A stretch of 64,000 bases of DNA from Ophelia neglecta. Its lineage: Eukaryota. The stretch lies in the NCBI GenBank assembly GCA_965285935.1, contig OZ260667.1:71486001-71550000 (forward strand). The letters run 5' to 3'. The position numbers and the translations under genes were made by a program. This document shows positions 49,929-62,954 of the stretch, one piece after another. Every line of letters begins with the position of its first letter. The stretch's first letter is position 1. The notes beneath the pieces were generated by a model. That model saw nothing but the letters and a program-made list of their open reading frames with translations, was not told the DNA's origin and ran no database searches.

Positions 49929-52451
49929 TTTCATTTTTGTTCCTGTCTATATCATATAGTATGCAGGTTTTATCTTGTAGCCCTCACAGTATTGAAGGAT
50001 ATGTCTGACGGCCTGAGAATACAACCATCGATTCTTAGATTTCCATAAAACGGGATTGGAACACTTTGGGTGCCTGTATTTAAATCAATGTCTATTTGGT
50101 AACTGTTTATTATCGCAGACGTTCGGAGTTGGTGACTCGTTTAGCGATATTAGGTATGCATACCTAATGCCGTCATCTACCAAACGTGATGCCAATAATT
50201 AGCCCTGGCATATTTCTAATTAAGAGCAGAAGAGAAGGTCTATATTCTAGACTTTTCGTTTCTACAGTGATATCAAGGCAAATGTCACCTGTATTAGCAT
50301 ATAGATAAGTTTACCTCTGAGGATATTTCACTAAGAAAGACCTATAGCTAAAGAGAACCTGCATCGAATACCGTGCTTCTTATCTTTCTAAAAAGAAGGG
50401 TCATAACGGACTAAGAAATAATAAATCTAAAATCTTAATAACAAATCAACGGTTGTTAGGAGAAAGAGAAAGTAGAAGAATGTCTATTATACATAAGCCT
50501 TCCCTAGCAATCAGCAAAAAAACTTAAGGGGTAAAAACATGGTTACTGGTTAGCTCTATGGAACATCTCCGGACTGGCCTGTTCGTTGCGGGTCATTGCC
50601 ATATTTTATTTTCCCCCTAGATCGTATCATTCGAGGCATCTGGCGTGTATAAAAATGTCTTTCTTCCTCCATCGATGACTCTGTGATCCATTATTCCCTA
50701 ATAGGACCCGTCACCGAATTGCTAGTTTCGGTCCTTTAATTATTGCAGGTTCGACACCGGGCTCGCAGACGAAGTGGCACCTCTCTTGCTTCTAGAACAA
50801 GTTTTCCCGCCTGCTCTATCTCACTATGGGTGACATATATCGGTGACATCGGTCTCAACACGATCTGGTGTTCAGGACACTTTGGTGCCCGTCCCTTTAG
50901 ACCCAACACATACAATTAGCCAGTTGAAGCAGAGGATATTGCGTCGTCCTAGTCTGCACTAAAATGGGTAAAGACTGCCATTCATTGGTTAATATTTAAC
51001 CAGTTTCCAAACATTTCTGGGTCACTTGATGAGCTGGCAGATACGCGTAAAAAATGGCCATATGTGTACTCTGACTGGTATTATTTTTGTCGGAATAGGG
51101 GGTAGGTGAATAAAAGGCCAATTCTCAGGTCGCCTCAGTTTCTAGCGCTGACATCTTTAAATTATTTATCCTGACACCCTAGCGACCATTTTACGCCATG
51201 CAGACAAATGTTGTACCGCCGGTTAGGGAAGGTCCTAAAATTAGTGGCTCTGCGGCTGCCCTTATAGTGATAAATCGAGCCACACCATTAAAGAATGAGT
51301 TGACCGGCCAACTAAATCGATATTGTCAATGTCTGTAGCTAGTAGAAACATCGTATGGCGACATAAGAATTAGAGATAATAACGGTTAACTTTTCCACTT
51401 GAATACCCCGTTTATGCAAACGCTGTAATTTGTTTTAGGTGGTTGGCTGAAATTAAGGACGAACTTCTGAGAGAAGTGTAAATGAGGCTGACATGAAGAG
51501 CAAGCTTCAGACAATGAGGTACACAATGACTGGGATATCAGGGCGGACATCAAAGAATGGGGTAATTAATGATAAGAGCAATGGAAGTTAACATCTATCA
51601 GCAGAACACAAGGGAAGGGGGAAATGGTGTTCTCTATTACAGCATAATTATGGAAATGAGGTGCTAACGTACACAGCCACTAATGTTTTGAATGCCGCTG
51701 AATTGCAATCCACAGCGATCAGTAATTTGTAATCAATATGGTATGTGCAAACTACAAATGCCCGAAAACGAATCTGTTGACATATGTGTCGGGGCCAGAG
51801 CTGTGATATTAGGTCCTTATACCATATTGTCTTGCCAAATTAAATAATGGGACTAGCTTTTTTAGCTGCAATTCGTCATGATATTAACTGTATTACGGGA
51901 TTGCACTCTAATGTAAGTGGTTTCGTATTTTCCACATCCACGCGAAACTTTTTTTCCTTCGAGGTTTGACTTCCCATGATACTGAAGATACGTCCATAGT
52001 AGTGAAGCTTTAACTTTCAAACAGAAGTAGGCTTTTCTCGGCAGCCATATCCAAGTCCACTAGATATGTAACATAGGCCGAAATAAAAACACATACCAGT
52101 CTAACTGATTACGCGATCCCCTGTTAAGTCACCAAGACACAAAACACTAGGGTAATAAAAACCCGGGGACAAAAATTACCAGTTTTATAGGACCGGCAGA
52201 GGCAATAAACTAAGTTTTCTAGACCGGATCCCAACGATACTAGAAATTCTAGGCCGGCGGACTTGAAATGCATGTACTAGTATTACAAGGGCCGAGGACG
52301 CTCGGGTATGGTTAAGGGTTAGTAAATATAGTCCGCGCGGCCCTTCTGCCTAGGGTACTTCTTTAACCGTTATAATTGTATGCATTCCTCATGTATCCAA
52401 AGTTCACCTTCTTCAAAAAAAGAGAGTTTGATAGTGGAGGGGGAGGGATAG

Positions 52452-53060
52452 ATTATTATCATTTTATTTTATTTCTTTCACTTTCTGGAGAGCTAAACAT
52501 GCAACCATACAAATGTATGATAATATAAGATAATATAATAATGAATATATAGAAATGTGCACAGGATGATTAAGCATATAAATATTACAACGTTGTTAAA
52601 TGATTGCCAATGGGTAGACCACCACGCTTAATTAACCTAGGTTGCAATCAAGTGAAACATTCACATAGGCCTACACATTGGACTGGCATGAATAGACTAT
52701 GATAACGTGATAACACTCCGGCTGGCAACAGGAGCCACCTAATATGCATCTGACAAATTTGCTCTAAAGCCGACTTAGGAGATAGGTGTGACCAGGATAG
52801 AGTTATACCGACCGCTCTACCACTGGCATTTCATCCAATAGGGGATAGTCTGATCTCAGGGGGTTTATTATTAGAGTCGTGTAGTCCAGTAGAAAATGCT
52901 CAATGTTCTCCTCTGGCGCTTCACAGAGGTTGTAGCTCCTGGATTCACTGGAGTGTCTTCCCGTCTGCGTCAATATGCCCGTGGTTGCCGTGATCAGTTG
53001 CATAATCACATGGAAACCTGCATTCGCTTGGAACATTCCTGCTTCAACGATCCACTTTGA
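52452..53060 (-). mobile_element. Decayed non-LTR retrotransposon 3' end with C-terminal zinc-knuckle remnant
   Basis: The ORF segment TGRHSSESRSYNLCEAPEENIEHFLLDY fits CxxC-x-E-xx-HFLLxC with two Cys>Tyr changes. An AATAAA/A-rich tail lies on the minus strand at ~52484-52452. Confidence 0.55.
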
Positions 53061-55917
53061 TAAATGATGAAAACCCGGCAAAACTAGTCATATAGGAATC
53101 ATTGGCTGTGGCCAGAAAAAAATAGTTTCCTTACTTTAAATAAGTTTGTTTAATAATAGATGATTAAAACCTCAACATTGATATATCTTGCAATAAGAGG
53201 CCGTCAATCGTTTTCTATTATGCTAGTCAGGAGATAAAACGATCGAATCAATGTAGGATAGAGCCAAAGTATACCCTAGGAGAGTCTATGGCTTTCTATT
53301 AATTGTGAGCATCTTACTAAAGTAGAGACACACACAAGGGAAACAACGTATACATAATATTGCGGTTAAGGGTAATTGCATATTTTACTATCTAATGTTA
53401 CACAGTTTCTCAATCACACAATATAATAGAATGTGCTATACAATTAGCAGAACACTAGCTTTGATTTCATAATGCGTGAAATTAAATAGTGTTGATGTAC
53501 CACAATCCATCTGCGACAACTAGTCAGAGTAGAGTAAATAATCAACAATAGGCGTCCGATAATGTATAAAAGCGTCCCTTTTGACTGTAACGTTTTTCAT
53601 CTTCTTTACGGCCCTTGATGCATGGCACGTTTGACACTTATTGCTGCTGAAATAAAACTATAATAATCATAGGCAGCATTTCAGTTTACGGACGAGCCAT
53701 TCCATTAGTCTTTCTAATAAACTGTTTAGTCGATACACAAGAGTGAAGAGCGCACTGTTACTAAGAGACAATACTCTACAAAGACTTTTTTTATTGTTCA
53801 TTTGACACCTTGTTCCCAGTATATGTTTTGTAATTATTTGAATATTTGCTTTCGGGATGCTTTGCACCGATTGTGGTTATGCTACTGGTATACAGCATAC
53901 TCGGAATAAACATTGCCAGACATTATCTATAAATACTAATTAAGTTATCTGATATGTTTATATGCGATCTTCTTATTATTTTGTTCTCATCTATGTCAAT
54001 ATTTCTTTCATTAAGAACCAATAGAAATTATTATAGAAGGAGCATTTTTATGTTAAGTTGAATGGGGCAACCACCATATGAAAATAGTTGATGGCTTGTT
54101 CGCGTACAAAATAATATATCCAATTATTCATCATGGGATGATAATTGTGTTGATATGCATCTCCTTTTGCCTAGCTAAGGATACGGCATTTAAAGACCGG
54201 TTTGCCTGACGTTAGAGGAAGGCAATTTCACTCTCAGAATCGGCATACAGTGCAGCAATATAGCAGTGTTCGGACCTTAGCTCAGTGTGCCGAGCCCCCT
54301 TTATTTGTGAGTGTATTATCAATGACGTCACTTTGCACAGGAGACCCGGACACTGATCATATAGGAGATTTATCGATTTCAGATGTTAATTGTCTATCGG
54401 GTATCCATTTTAGGTTTCTTTTTTTTCATGTGCACACTGGTTTGATAAGAAATAACTGATACAATACACATGTAGATCTGCAGTCGTCTGAATATTACCA
54501 GATGACAAACCAATCGCTCTACTTAAACCATATGCCAGTGGAAAGCTAGATGGTTGTCGATAACTTATCGCACTGATACATTTCACGGCAGTTCTCCATT
54601 TTGAACTCCTAGTCATCTTTAATCTTTGTTTTTATGGCGGCTTCTCGCACTATTTCAGCCAGTTGCAATAAACGTAATTTCAAAAGTTAAACCTGCCTCT
54701 TGTCGAGACCCGCGAAGACATCTTTACAGTAAACAGCAGATAAATTGGTAATGCATATAAAAGTAGCTAAAAATGAAGTGATGAGAAAGAATGTTTATTG
54801 GATACCGCATAAGTCCCAGTATAAAACAATATGTTAGGCTAGCCAACTTAATGGTGTACTATTCTCCCTTATACTCATGGGATGCATTTAAAAAACGTTA
54901 TCAAAGTCATTGGAACATATATGTTTGGTCAACCAAACCCTGCAAGGATTGACTTCAATAACTTGAATGGATACTACTTTCTTTTAATCTGCAGAGTGCT
55001 GACTGTCCTCCTAAGTACGAGTCCCATGTGAGCTATTAGGCCTTAGTAATCAGTATCCATCTAACTAAAAGAGAGGCCTGCGAGCCTCTTGGGAGGTGGA
55101 TATGTGACTGTTTGTCACTATTGACTCGAGCTCTAGGAGTCCCTGTCAGTCCAGATTTGATAGCATCTAAAATAATGCCGTCTCGTGGGACATTAAACTC
55201 CATTGAAGTTGTGTTCGCATTGAAACATAGAGCTGCTCTAAAGTACCTCTGAATGCGACTAACAAAGGTGGTGTACAAAATTCTCGGCTTAAGCCCCATA
55301 ATCCTAGTAATGAGTATGTTTTCATCTTGGTCCCAAATACTAATTATTATTCAATAATTTACATCAAGGTTTTTACCCGACTCCCCACGTTAACAACAGT
55401 ACGATGCTATGACTCCAAAAGGTGGTGTGGAGCAACTTGATCAGGATGAAATGTTAAGAAACGGCAGTAGATAAAGTCACTTCATTATAAGGCTCAGCCG
55501 TTACCAGCGCGAACTTAGCAATAGAGTGGCCATAAGCAGATAACATGCCATGACAGACATAACTACAACAGCCTCCATAATATTAAATAGACCTGTAGTG
55601 CATCATATTGATGAGTAATGTCGAAATCCAAGTATGAACTTGTTTCGAAAACAAAATTGGGCATTTTTATATATTTATTGGAACGAAGTTATTTTGACAT
55701 AAAATGCACCCCTCCCCCATCCCGTCGGCAAGACCATAATATTACATAAAAAAACTGTGGCACCTGACGCAAGATTTCAACAATAGCTCTATTCTTTCTT
55801 ACTGAAATGGGCTCGAATGTATTACAAGGGGCATTAATTACTGGAGGTAGGAACGGAAGGTGAGGGGTACAAAGAACCGTGAAGGGAAGAGAGGTCGGGC
55901 GGGGGGACGGGCGGAGG

Positions 55918-56143
55918 GTCTATTGATTAAACGCGGAGGTTCGGAGGCTATGCGGAGGCGGAGGTCATGAGTATTTCTGAGTGGCATGAAGCAAATAATC
56001 GGCAGCAAGGAAAGGGTTAGGACGGAGGGTTAATTTTAGCGTTAGGGGAAGGGTTAGGGACAGGTTTGATAGGTCTAGTGCTCTGTTCTAATTTCGAGGT
56101 TTACCTCCGCAAGGCTCCGCGCCTCCGCTTTTAATCAAAAGCC
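55918..56143. mobile_element. MITE with ~40-bp imperfect TIRs, 8-bp TSD and internal GGGTTAG(G)-like motifs
   Basis: Left end GTCTATTGATTAAACGCGGAGGTTCGGAGGCTATGCGGAGG versus reverse complement of the right end GGCTTTTGATTAAAAGCGGAGGCGCGGAGCCTTGCGGAGG. GGCGGAGG at 55910-55917 and 56144-56151. Confidence 0.75.
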
Positions 56144-56989
56144 GGCGGAGGGGGGTGGCAATAATCATCCAGTAAAGGATTCAAGACTACTAGTATGTGT
56201 TGAAATCGGTATGACCGTAGGTTTATAGCCACTTCATTGTCATACGACATACATATATATTGCTTAGACAAATAAACTCTAATACATATAATCAAAGAAT
56301 ATTTGTATTCATGCATATGTAAAATATATGAGTTTTTTTTATAGCCATCCTATTTAGAATTAAGGCTTCAACAAGCTTCTTGTGAGCCAGCGTGGAACGG
56401 TAATTGAAAACTGAGACATTTCTCATGGAGCATATTCTTTTACAGGATTTAGATTATCTGTGGGCTTTCCATTCTCCTTTTAGTAGAGAAATAATCAACG
56501 TTTGAACATCACAACAACTATAGGATGCAGGCCATGAGCAAATAGAAGGCAGGAGCAGGGCTTCTTAAGACGGGATGCAAAACATACCAATCTGAGTACA
56601 CCAGTACCCATAATACAACGGGACAACATATTCGCCTGTTTTTCCTAAAGATTCAAACCGAACGGAGCATATTGCATCTGCTTTCGAACTCTTAGCAGCA
56701 CTGTGTTGTCCAGACATCTGCAGCCCTGGTGCACCTAATGCATCTCTGTGTTCATTAGATCGTATAATATAACATGACAGCAAGGACATTTGTGGCTTTG
56801 TTTTTATGTCCTTGGTTTCTGCTTTAGTGCCACTCTGTCAGCTTTTCACAGAAGCCACGTGGCCGTTCACCCCAATCTGATTCGAAGACTAACATTACGC
56901 TGTTCAACGAGTTTGAAAAAATGCTTTATGAATTATTCAACAAACTAAAAAAGAGATATCGATTGCTGTTATGTCTTCTTGGAAACAGC

Positions 56990-57886
56990 TTTCTTGTTTC
57001 ACCATCATTCTTTACAATTCTTCCGTTTCACCATGTTTCTTGATTTTCCATCATTCTTGTTTTACCATGTTTCTTATTTTCCCATTTTTTGGTCTTAAGC
57101 CATTTTTCTTTTTTTCCATATTTCTTGTTTACCATGTTTCTTGTTTACCATGTGCCTTGTTTTACCACCAGTCTTGTTTTATCATGTTTCATGTTTTACC
57201 ATGTTCCTTGTTTTACCTTGTTTCTTGTTTTACCATGTTACTTGTTTAAACATACTTCTTGCTTTCTTTACCATGTTTTTTATTTATCTTTTTCTTGTGT
57301 CTTGGTTTACCATGTTTCTTGATTCACCATGTTTCTTGTTTTACCATATTTCTTGTTTGCCATGTTTCTTGTTTTACCATATGTCTTGTTTTACCATTTT
57401 CATGTTTTACCATGTTTCTTGTTGTACCTTGTTTCTTGTTTTACTATGTTCCTTGTTTAACTTGTTTCTCGTTTAACCATGCTTCTTGCTTAACCATGAT
57501 TCTTGTTTCACCTTGTTACTTGTTTTACCTTGTTTCTTGTTTTACCATGTTCCTTGTTTAAACATGTTTCTTGCTTTCTTTACCATGTTTTTGATTTATC
57601 GTTTTTCTTCTTTTACCATGTGTCCTGGTTAACCATGTTCTTGGTTTAACCATGTTCTTGGTTTAACCTTGTTTCTTGTTTTACTATGTTTCTTGTTTTA
57701 CCCTGTTCATTGGTTTACCATGTGTGTTGTTTAACCATGTTCCTTATTTAACCATGTTCCTTCTTTTACCATGTGTCTTATTTTACCATACATGTATATC
57801 TTGTTTGACCATGTTCCATGTTTCACCTTGTTTCTTGTTTTACCCTGTTCACTGTTTTTCCATGTTTCTTGTTTTACCATGTTACT
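56990..57886. repeat. 17-bp minisatellite (TTTTACCATGTTTCTTG)n, ~50 degenerate copies
   Basis: Continuous ACCATGTTTCTTGTTTT variants, strongly T-rich on the + strand. This array explains ORFs 56971-57948. Confidence 0.93.
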
Positions 57887-58070
57887 TTAAAAGTTCACTT
57901 CAGATTTACGACAATGTTTTCAAGATTTTAAAGAGCGTGTGGTATTAATTTAATAACTTAATGTTGTCAGATTTATCCGTCTATCATCCATGTTTAATAT
58001 CAGCAATGCCGGAGACTTAAAGGCGGGAGCGGATAGCCGTCAGAAAAAGTCGAATCATAAGTCTAGAATA

Positions 58071-58249
58071 CAGTGAAACCTGTCTAATCAGCTCAGTCAA
58101 GGAACTGGCGAAGACTGACCACTTTATGAAGGTGTCCTTAATAGACAGGTCAGTTAACACAGGCATAAATTGGGATCGGGCTATTCTTTAGTGACCTTAG
58201 TGGGCAGGTGACCTTATTACACAGGTGGCCACAAACACAGGTTTCACTG
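58071..58249. mobile_element. Tc1/mariner-pogo-like MITE with TA TSD (same family as 37200-37377)
   Basis: TA|CAGTGAAACCTGT...ACAGGTTTCACTG|TA, with a shared internal CAGGTCAGTTAACACAGGCAT and TTAGTGACCTTAGTGG. Confidence 0.92.
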
Positions 58250-59714
58250 TAGTCCATGTAATCAGTCCGAAATCATTAGGAACCCGAAGCCACAGCCCCA
58301 TACACATCAGAAAATTAATCTCCAGCTCTCAATTAGCGTGAATGAATATGTAATGCAAATACTTGGTAGTGAAACCTCAATTTTATATTATTTGCATTGT
58401 ACAGTAGTCACCTGTTTTCCATGAACATCAACCAAACGAATCATTGGTCAAGGTAGGACAGAGATAAAATATGCCCTTGGATGGATACGATAGAAAATAT
58501 TGAGACTAATAACAACAAATATATTGTAACAATAAATGCATTTCTTGTTTTCATGGGAGTATTCTGTTTTGATAACAGTTATATTACCTATTGTACACAC
58601 ATTTCATTCTATGCTACATTTTACTGGTACAAGCCGGCCTTAAGTTAATTAGCTATGCAGACTAAACTATTGTGTCAAAGGGGTGAAGGTGGCAAAGCCA
58701 TTGACCGGATAAAAGGCCAGCCCAGAAGCAGCCATGCGGATCAAGACTGGCCAGTTCTACAGACTATCTGCCTTTCAGCCAGCTCCACTCATACCAGATA
58801 GGTGCGTTTGGAAACACCCTCCCACCTACCCCCGTCATCATCCATCAGTACTTATGTATTATTGTGGGTTTTCCCCCACCTTTGTAAATTGCCTAATGTT
58901 ATATTTAATATAACCATTTCAACACAAACATGCGTTGGGTCTTGTTCAATTTACAAATGAACTTCTAACTGACGGACATGCAAAATAAGAAAATATGTTC
59001 TCAAAAATCTCGGCATCCGGCGCTTGTAATCATGAAAAGATGCCTGAAGCAATAAGATTATATCATGCGAAACAATTAAAGGACTGTTTACTGATTTGGG
59101 TTACTTCTTTCTGTCCATTTGTGTTAAATGAAAATGAATGTTAACTAGAATAGCTAGTTTGTCAGTTTGACATTAAGTCTGCTGAATCAAATATTGGAAG
59201 CTTTTTTTTTATTGTATCAAAGTGTATGCGACTATATATATCCGAAGCTTGGCTCTCTATTCCCAGTACTGTTTATGACTTATCACTTTATTGAAAATCA
59301 CCCAGCAATTCCTGCATCGACCGTATATGTGCCGGCTGCTGGAATTCGGCTAACCTAAATGAGATACAAGGCTGAAATGGGAAATAGTCAGCTGACTATA
59401 AAAACATATTCCCAGAGTAATCAGATCAACAACTGTGCATGGCCGCAGCACGTTATGACATAGACTGACTGACTGATAATCTGAGAAAACTCTAAATTGC
59501 TAAACACTCTGATGAAAACTGTAGTCTCGCATTATGTTTTCTTTATTCATTTTATTTAAAAGACTGCCGTTAGAAAACATATACACTATGCATATTGAAA
59601 TTGTTTGAAATTTTAGCAGCAAATGATATTATCCATGTTAATTATACACAGCAAATGTGATCTATAGCGTATTTCTGCTGTCACTTCAAATGCATCCTAA
59701 CTGTCATAAAAGTT

Positions 59715-59890
59715 GGTAGCCCTTGATCACCCTAACTAGCTTAGCCCCGTGGGCGGCCTTTCATCACAGCAGCCATTTTAGCTCCTTCGGAAGCCCTTCA
59801 TCCTAAAGCTAGCTTAGCTCCTTGAATCACAAAAGCTATATTAGCTCCGTTGGAGGCCCATGCAACATCAAGGTAGCCTAGCTGCATTAG
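59715..59890. repeat. Degenerate minisatellite, ~35-bp unit, 4-5 copies
   Basis: Recurring GCCCTT.ATCAC..AGCTAGCTTAGCTCC motifs. Confidence 0.6.
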
Positions 59891-60066
59891 AAAAGTCATG
59901 TTACACTTGCCAGGGGGTCGTGGTTCTCGTCCTGTTTGCGGCGCACCGATGGTACATTGTTTATACCCACTCTCTGAGGCAAGTGGTAGGGATGAGAGGA
60001 CCTTTTTGCGAGCCTTTGCCAAGGTATCCAATGTCAACACATGGCAAACTTTGAACAACATACGTA

Positions 60067-60232
60067 CAGTGAAACCTGTGAATTAAAATCAGCAAAGGGT
60101 GGTCTGATTATGGAGGTGGTCTGTTTAGACAGGTTTTTGTACATTGAAAGTATACATCACAGGCCTCATAATGGTGGTCTGAATTGACAGGTGGTCTGAT
60201 TATAGAGGTGGTCTTTAAGGCAGGTTACACTG
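60067..60232. mobile_element. Tc1/mariner-pogo-like MITE with TA TSD; same TIR but a different interior
   Basis: TA|CAGTGAAACCTG...CAGGTTACACTG|TA, with five internal GGTGGTCT motifs in two clusters at 18-bp spacing. Confidence 0.88.
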
Positions 60233-62472
60233 TATTATGTTTCAGTCAACTGGTCCAAAGAGAAAAAATTGATATGTCCCGCTTGTTGCTAAACATATCA
60301 CCTTGAATATATTTCCGTTATCGCCACCTGTCAGTCATAGCTACAAGGCGCCTGTGGCTAGCATTAACTTTCGTCGGGATAGAAATATCATTGATCAAAT
60401 CACTAATTCAGTTTCACGAAAATAAACTATCGAAGAAATTTTACTCCAACAACTATCAATTATTAGCTGATGTATGATGTTTGTCATGGAATGGATTATC
60501 AAGGAGCTTTCCAGTCCAGCGACATAGTCGTCTGTTTGTCCTTGAAATTGGTCCGGAGTAAAGAAGTTTCCACATCAGAATTAATGAGGCTGGGAAATAG
60601 AATGATGCGAAAAGAAAGAAGCTGTCTGACATAACTATAAATTAAACACACACCAATGGAATAATATAGAGGTCATGTGCCAGTCGAGATACGATATATT
60701 GGTTTATCCTTGATACTTGACACTCCTTTATTTCTAGAGCAATGAAATGGTCAAATGTGGAATGAGAAATAAACTAGACCTTGTTGGAGACATCTGGAAG
60801 GCTGATACTTTGGAAATCTAAATAAAGGTTTCTTATTTGCATTCATAACATACTTTATAATTTGTATAAATAAGGACCTCGCCGGGGGTTTACGTGTACT
60901 ACCCAACATGTGCAAGTGTTCCCATGAATGAAAGTCACCTGGCGGCAAGGTTGTTTCCTCCAAGGGCGGTATTATAGCTGAACTTTACTAATGTTTTATT
61001 TGTTATATATAAGGCGAAATATATGAAATAATGACTGACGTTGATGATTTCATACAATAAATGTTATACACGGCAAGAGTCAGTCAGAATACCACGTGTG
61101 TCTGTTGATAGGAATCATTATTTTGCTAATATCGCAGCTAGCTTAATTATAGTTAACATACATGGGATTACAGGTAAAACACTGGGGATTACTCTTTGTG
61201 GTTCTGCAGCTAACAGTTCCCGGTTATTCATGTGTACTGATTTTGCATTATTTACCGGGGATCAATTTCCGTTAAAAACATCCAGGTCAGTATATTTCAC
61301 AATCACTTTATTTGACATTTATTTCATTACAATCCAGTGAAATGGTTAAATGATGCTTTCAATTCACTATAATGAATTGTCAGGCCTTTTTGTGTATGAC
61401 TTTGAACACAATGGACATGTTTGATTTCCATTACAAGCACTCAAATGCATTCATGCAATTTAAATCAATCACTTTTTTTTCTGTAAAATACGTCCTTAAA
61501 GTATCTCCAAACCATTTGTTCTTCGTAATTAAGAATATTATTGATTTCGGTTTAATAATAGTTAATGTTAAGCACCTGGTTCAATATAGAAAGTGAATTA
61601 TTTGTATTTAAAATTTTGTATTAATAAGAGTTTCTTAAATTTAAGTATAAATAAACATATAATACAATTAGGCATTTTACAAATTATTAGTCGAGCGCTT
61701 GCTATGCTGTGGCCAGTAATATAAATATGAAGAGTATATCAGGACAAACCACTTCCTTCATAAATACATACAGCTACTACCTAATTTGTCCCTTGACAAG
61801 GAATCCAATACAATGTAATCGCAGATAGTATTTGAGTTATAGCAATTGATATCATTCACGTATACTATCAACAATTAGCCTTGATGTTCTGGTATTTCCA
61901 TATCATGTATGCTAAATAAGGCAGTTCAGTACTTCTCATCAAACGAATAAACAATTTTGTTGACAATTCGTTTTCAGACACCATCATTCTTTCTCAGCAT
62001 GCCTCAATTGGTCTCTTTAATGAAAAACTGATCCAGCGGTGTTGTCTTATTTTCAGCTACATGTGCTTAACAGTGGTTTAACTGGGCTGTTTTAGTCAGA
62101 TAACATCTGTATTGAAAGAGAACCACAAGGCTTCTGCAGTCAAGGTACCATTCAGTAGTCCAGGTACCTTTATGAATTGTCCAAACGCAGTGTAGAGCAG
62201 TCAGTATATTACTTAATTTTATCTATAAATGTTTTGCTCAGAAACATTTGAGGAGGTCACTTTTAGTTTCACACATTCCTATTCATTTTAATCATTATTT
62301 ATTGTGAACATTGGTTATGTGTTCTCCAAATCAAGTGAAAGCGGATTTGTAATACACGAAGTTCATTCTTTCTCGCCATACATGGTGACAGTGTTCAGAG
62401 AAAGACGTGCTCGTACCAATCGTCGTTGTAGATCAGTGACGTCACACTGGCATCGTCACGTGACTCTGATTG

Positions 62473-62658
62473 CTACGTTTCCGGGATCTGATGTGAAGGT
62501 GATTCCAGTTCTGGATCCGGTTCTTGAGGGAGTAGGTCAAAGGTAGCCACTGGGGTGATAGGAGTTAGGGGCTCACTGACCGCCAGATCCTCGGACATTG
62601 TGCGGGGCGACAGGCCGTTCAGGTTTATCACTTCTAGGTCTTTTAGCCGTTTCTGGCA
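62473..62658 (-). CDS. Putative terminal coding exon of an unidentified host gene (end of coiled coil plus Pro/Ser/Glu-rich tail)
   Basis: Acceptor TCTCATTTGTCATTGTAG|, then a phase-0 open frame CQKRLKDLEVINLNGLSPRTMSEDLAVSEPLTPITPVATFDLLPQEPDPELESPSHQIPET* (186 nt). It is in frame with the upstream exon. A candidate AATAAA lies on the minus strand at 62303-62298. Confidence 0.7.
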   Translation of the reverse strand, partial: CQKRLKDLEVINLNGLSPRTMSEDLAVSEPLTPITPVATFDLLPQEPDPELESPSHQIPET

Positions 62659-62954
62659 CTACAATGACAAATGAGAACACCTCTGTATTTGGGTACAACC
62701 TTATCTGTATGAAGATATTTTTATTCCTAGCCAATCCACTTCGGTTTAAACGATTCAGTAAAAAAAACGTCGCCTTTGTGCGCATAGTCCGCTATCCCCA
62801 AACCTCTCACTCCCCGAGAATAAAATGTGTTTGTGCATTTACCAAAACAATTGCAATTCTTATCTTTACACATGACGTTAACATCATGAAATTACAATTT
62901 CATGGACAAGAGATCGCCCTGAATGTCTTGATCAAAATCTGACGCATTCTGATT

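Noticed and set aside
50620-50910. Possible RTE-related SINE/LINE remnant
   Set aside because: Only a vague resemblance, with no A/B boxes, TSD or ORF that could be supported by eye.
51439-51519. Exon-like segment (TTTTTAG|...GAG|GTAC) on the + strand
   Set aside because: There are stops in all three frames and no partner exons were found.
56971-57948. Hydrophobic Cys/Phe-rich ORFs as membrane proteins
   Set aside because: These are translations of a 17-bp T-rich minisatellite that is open in several frames.
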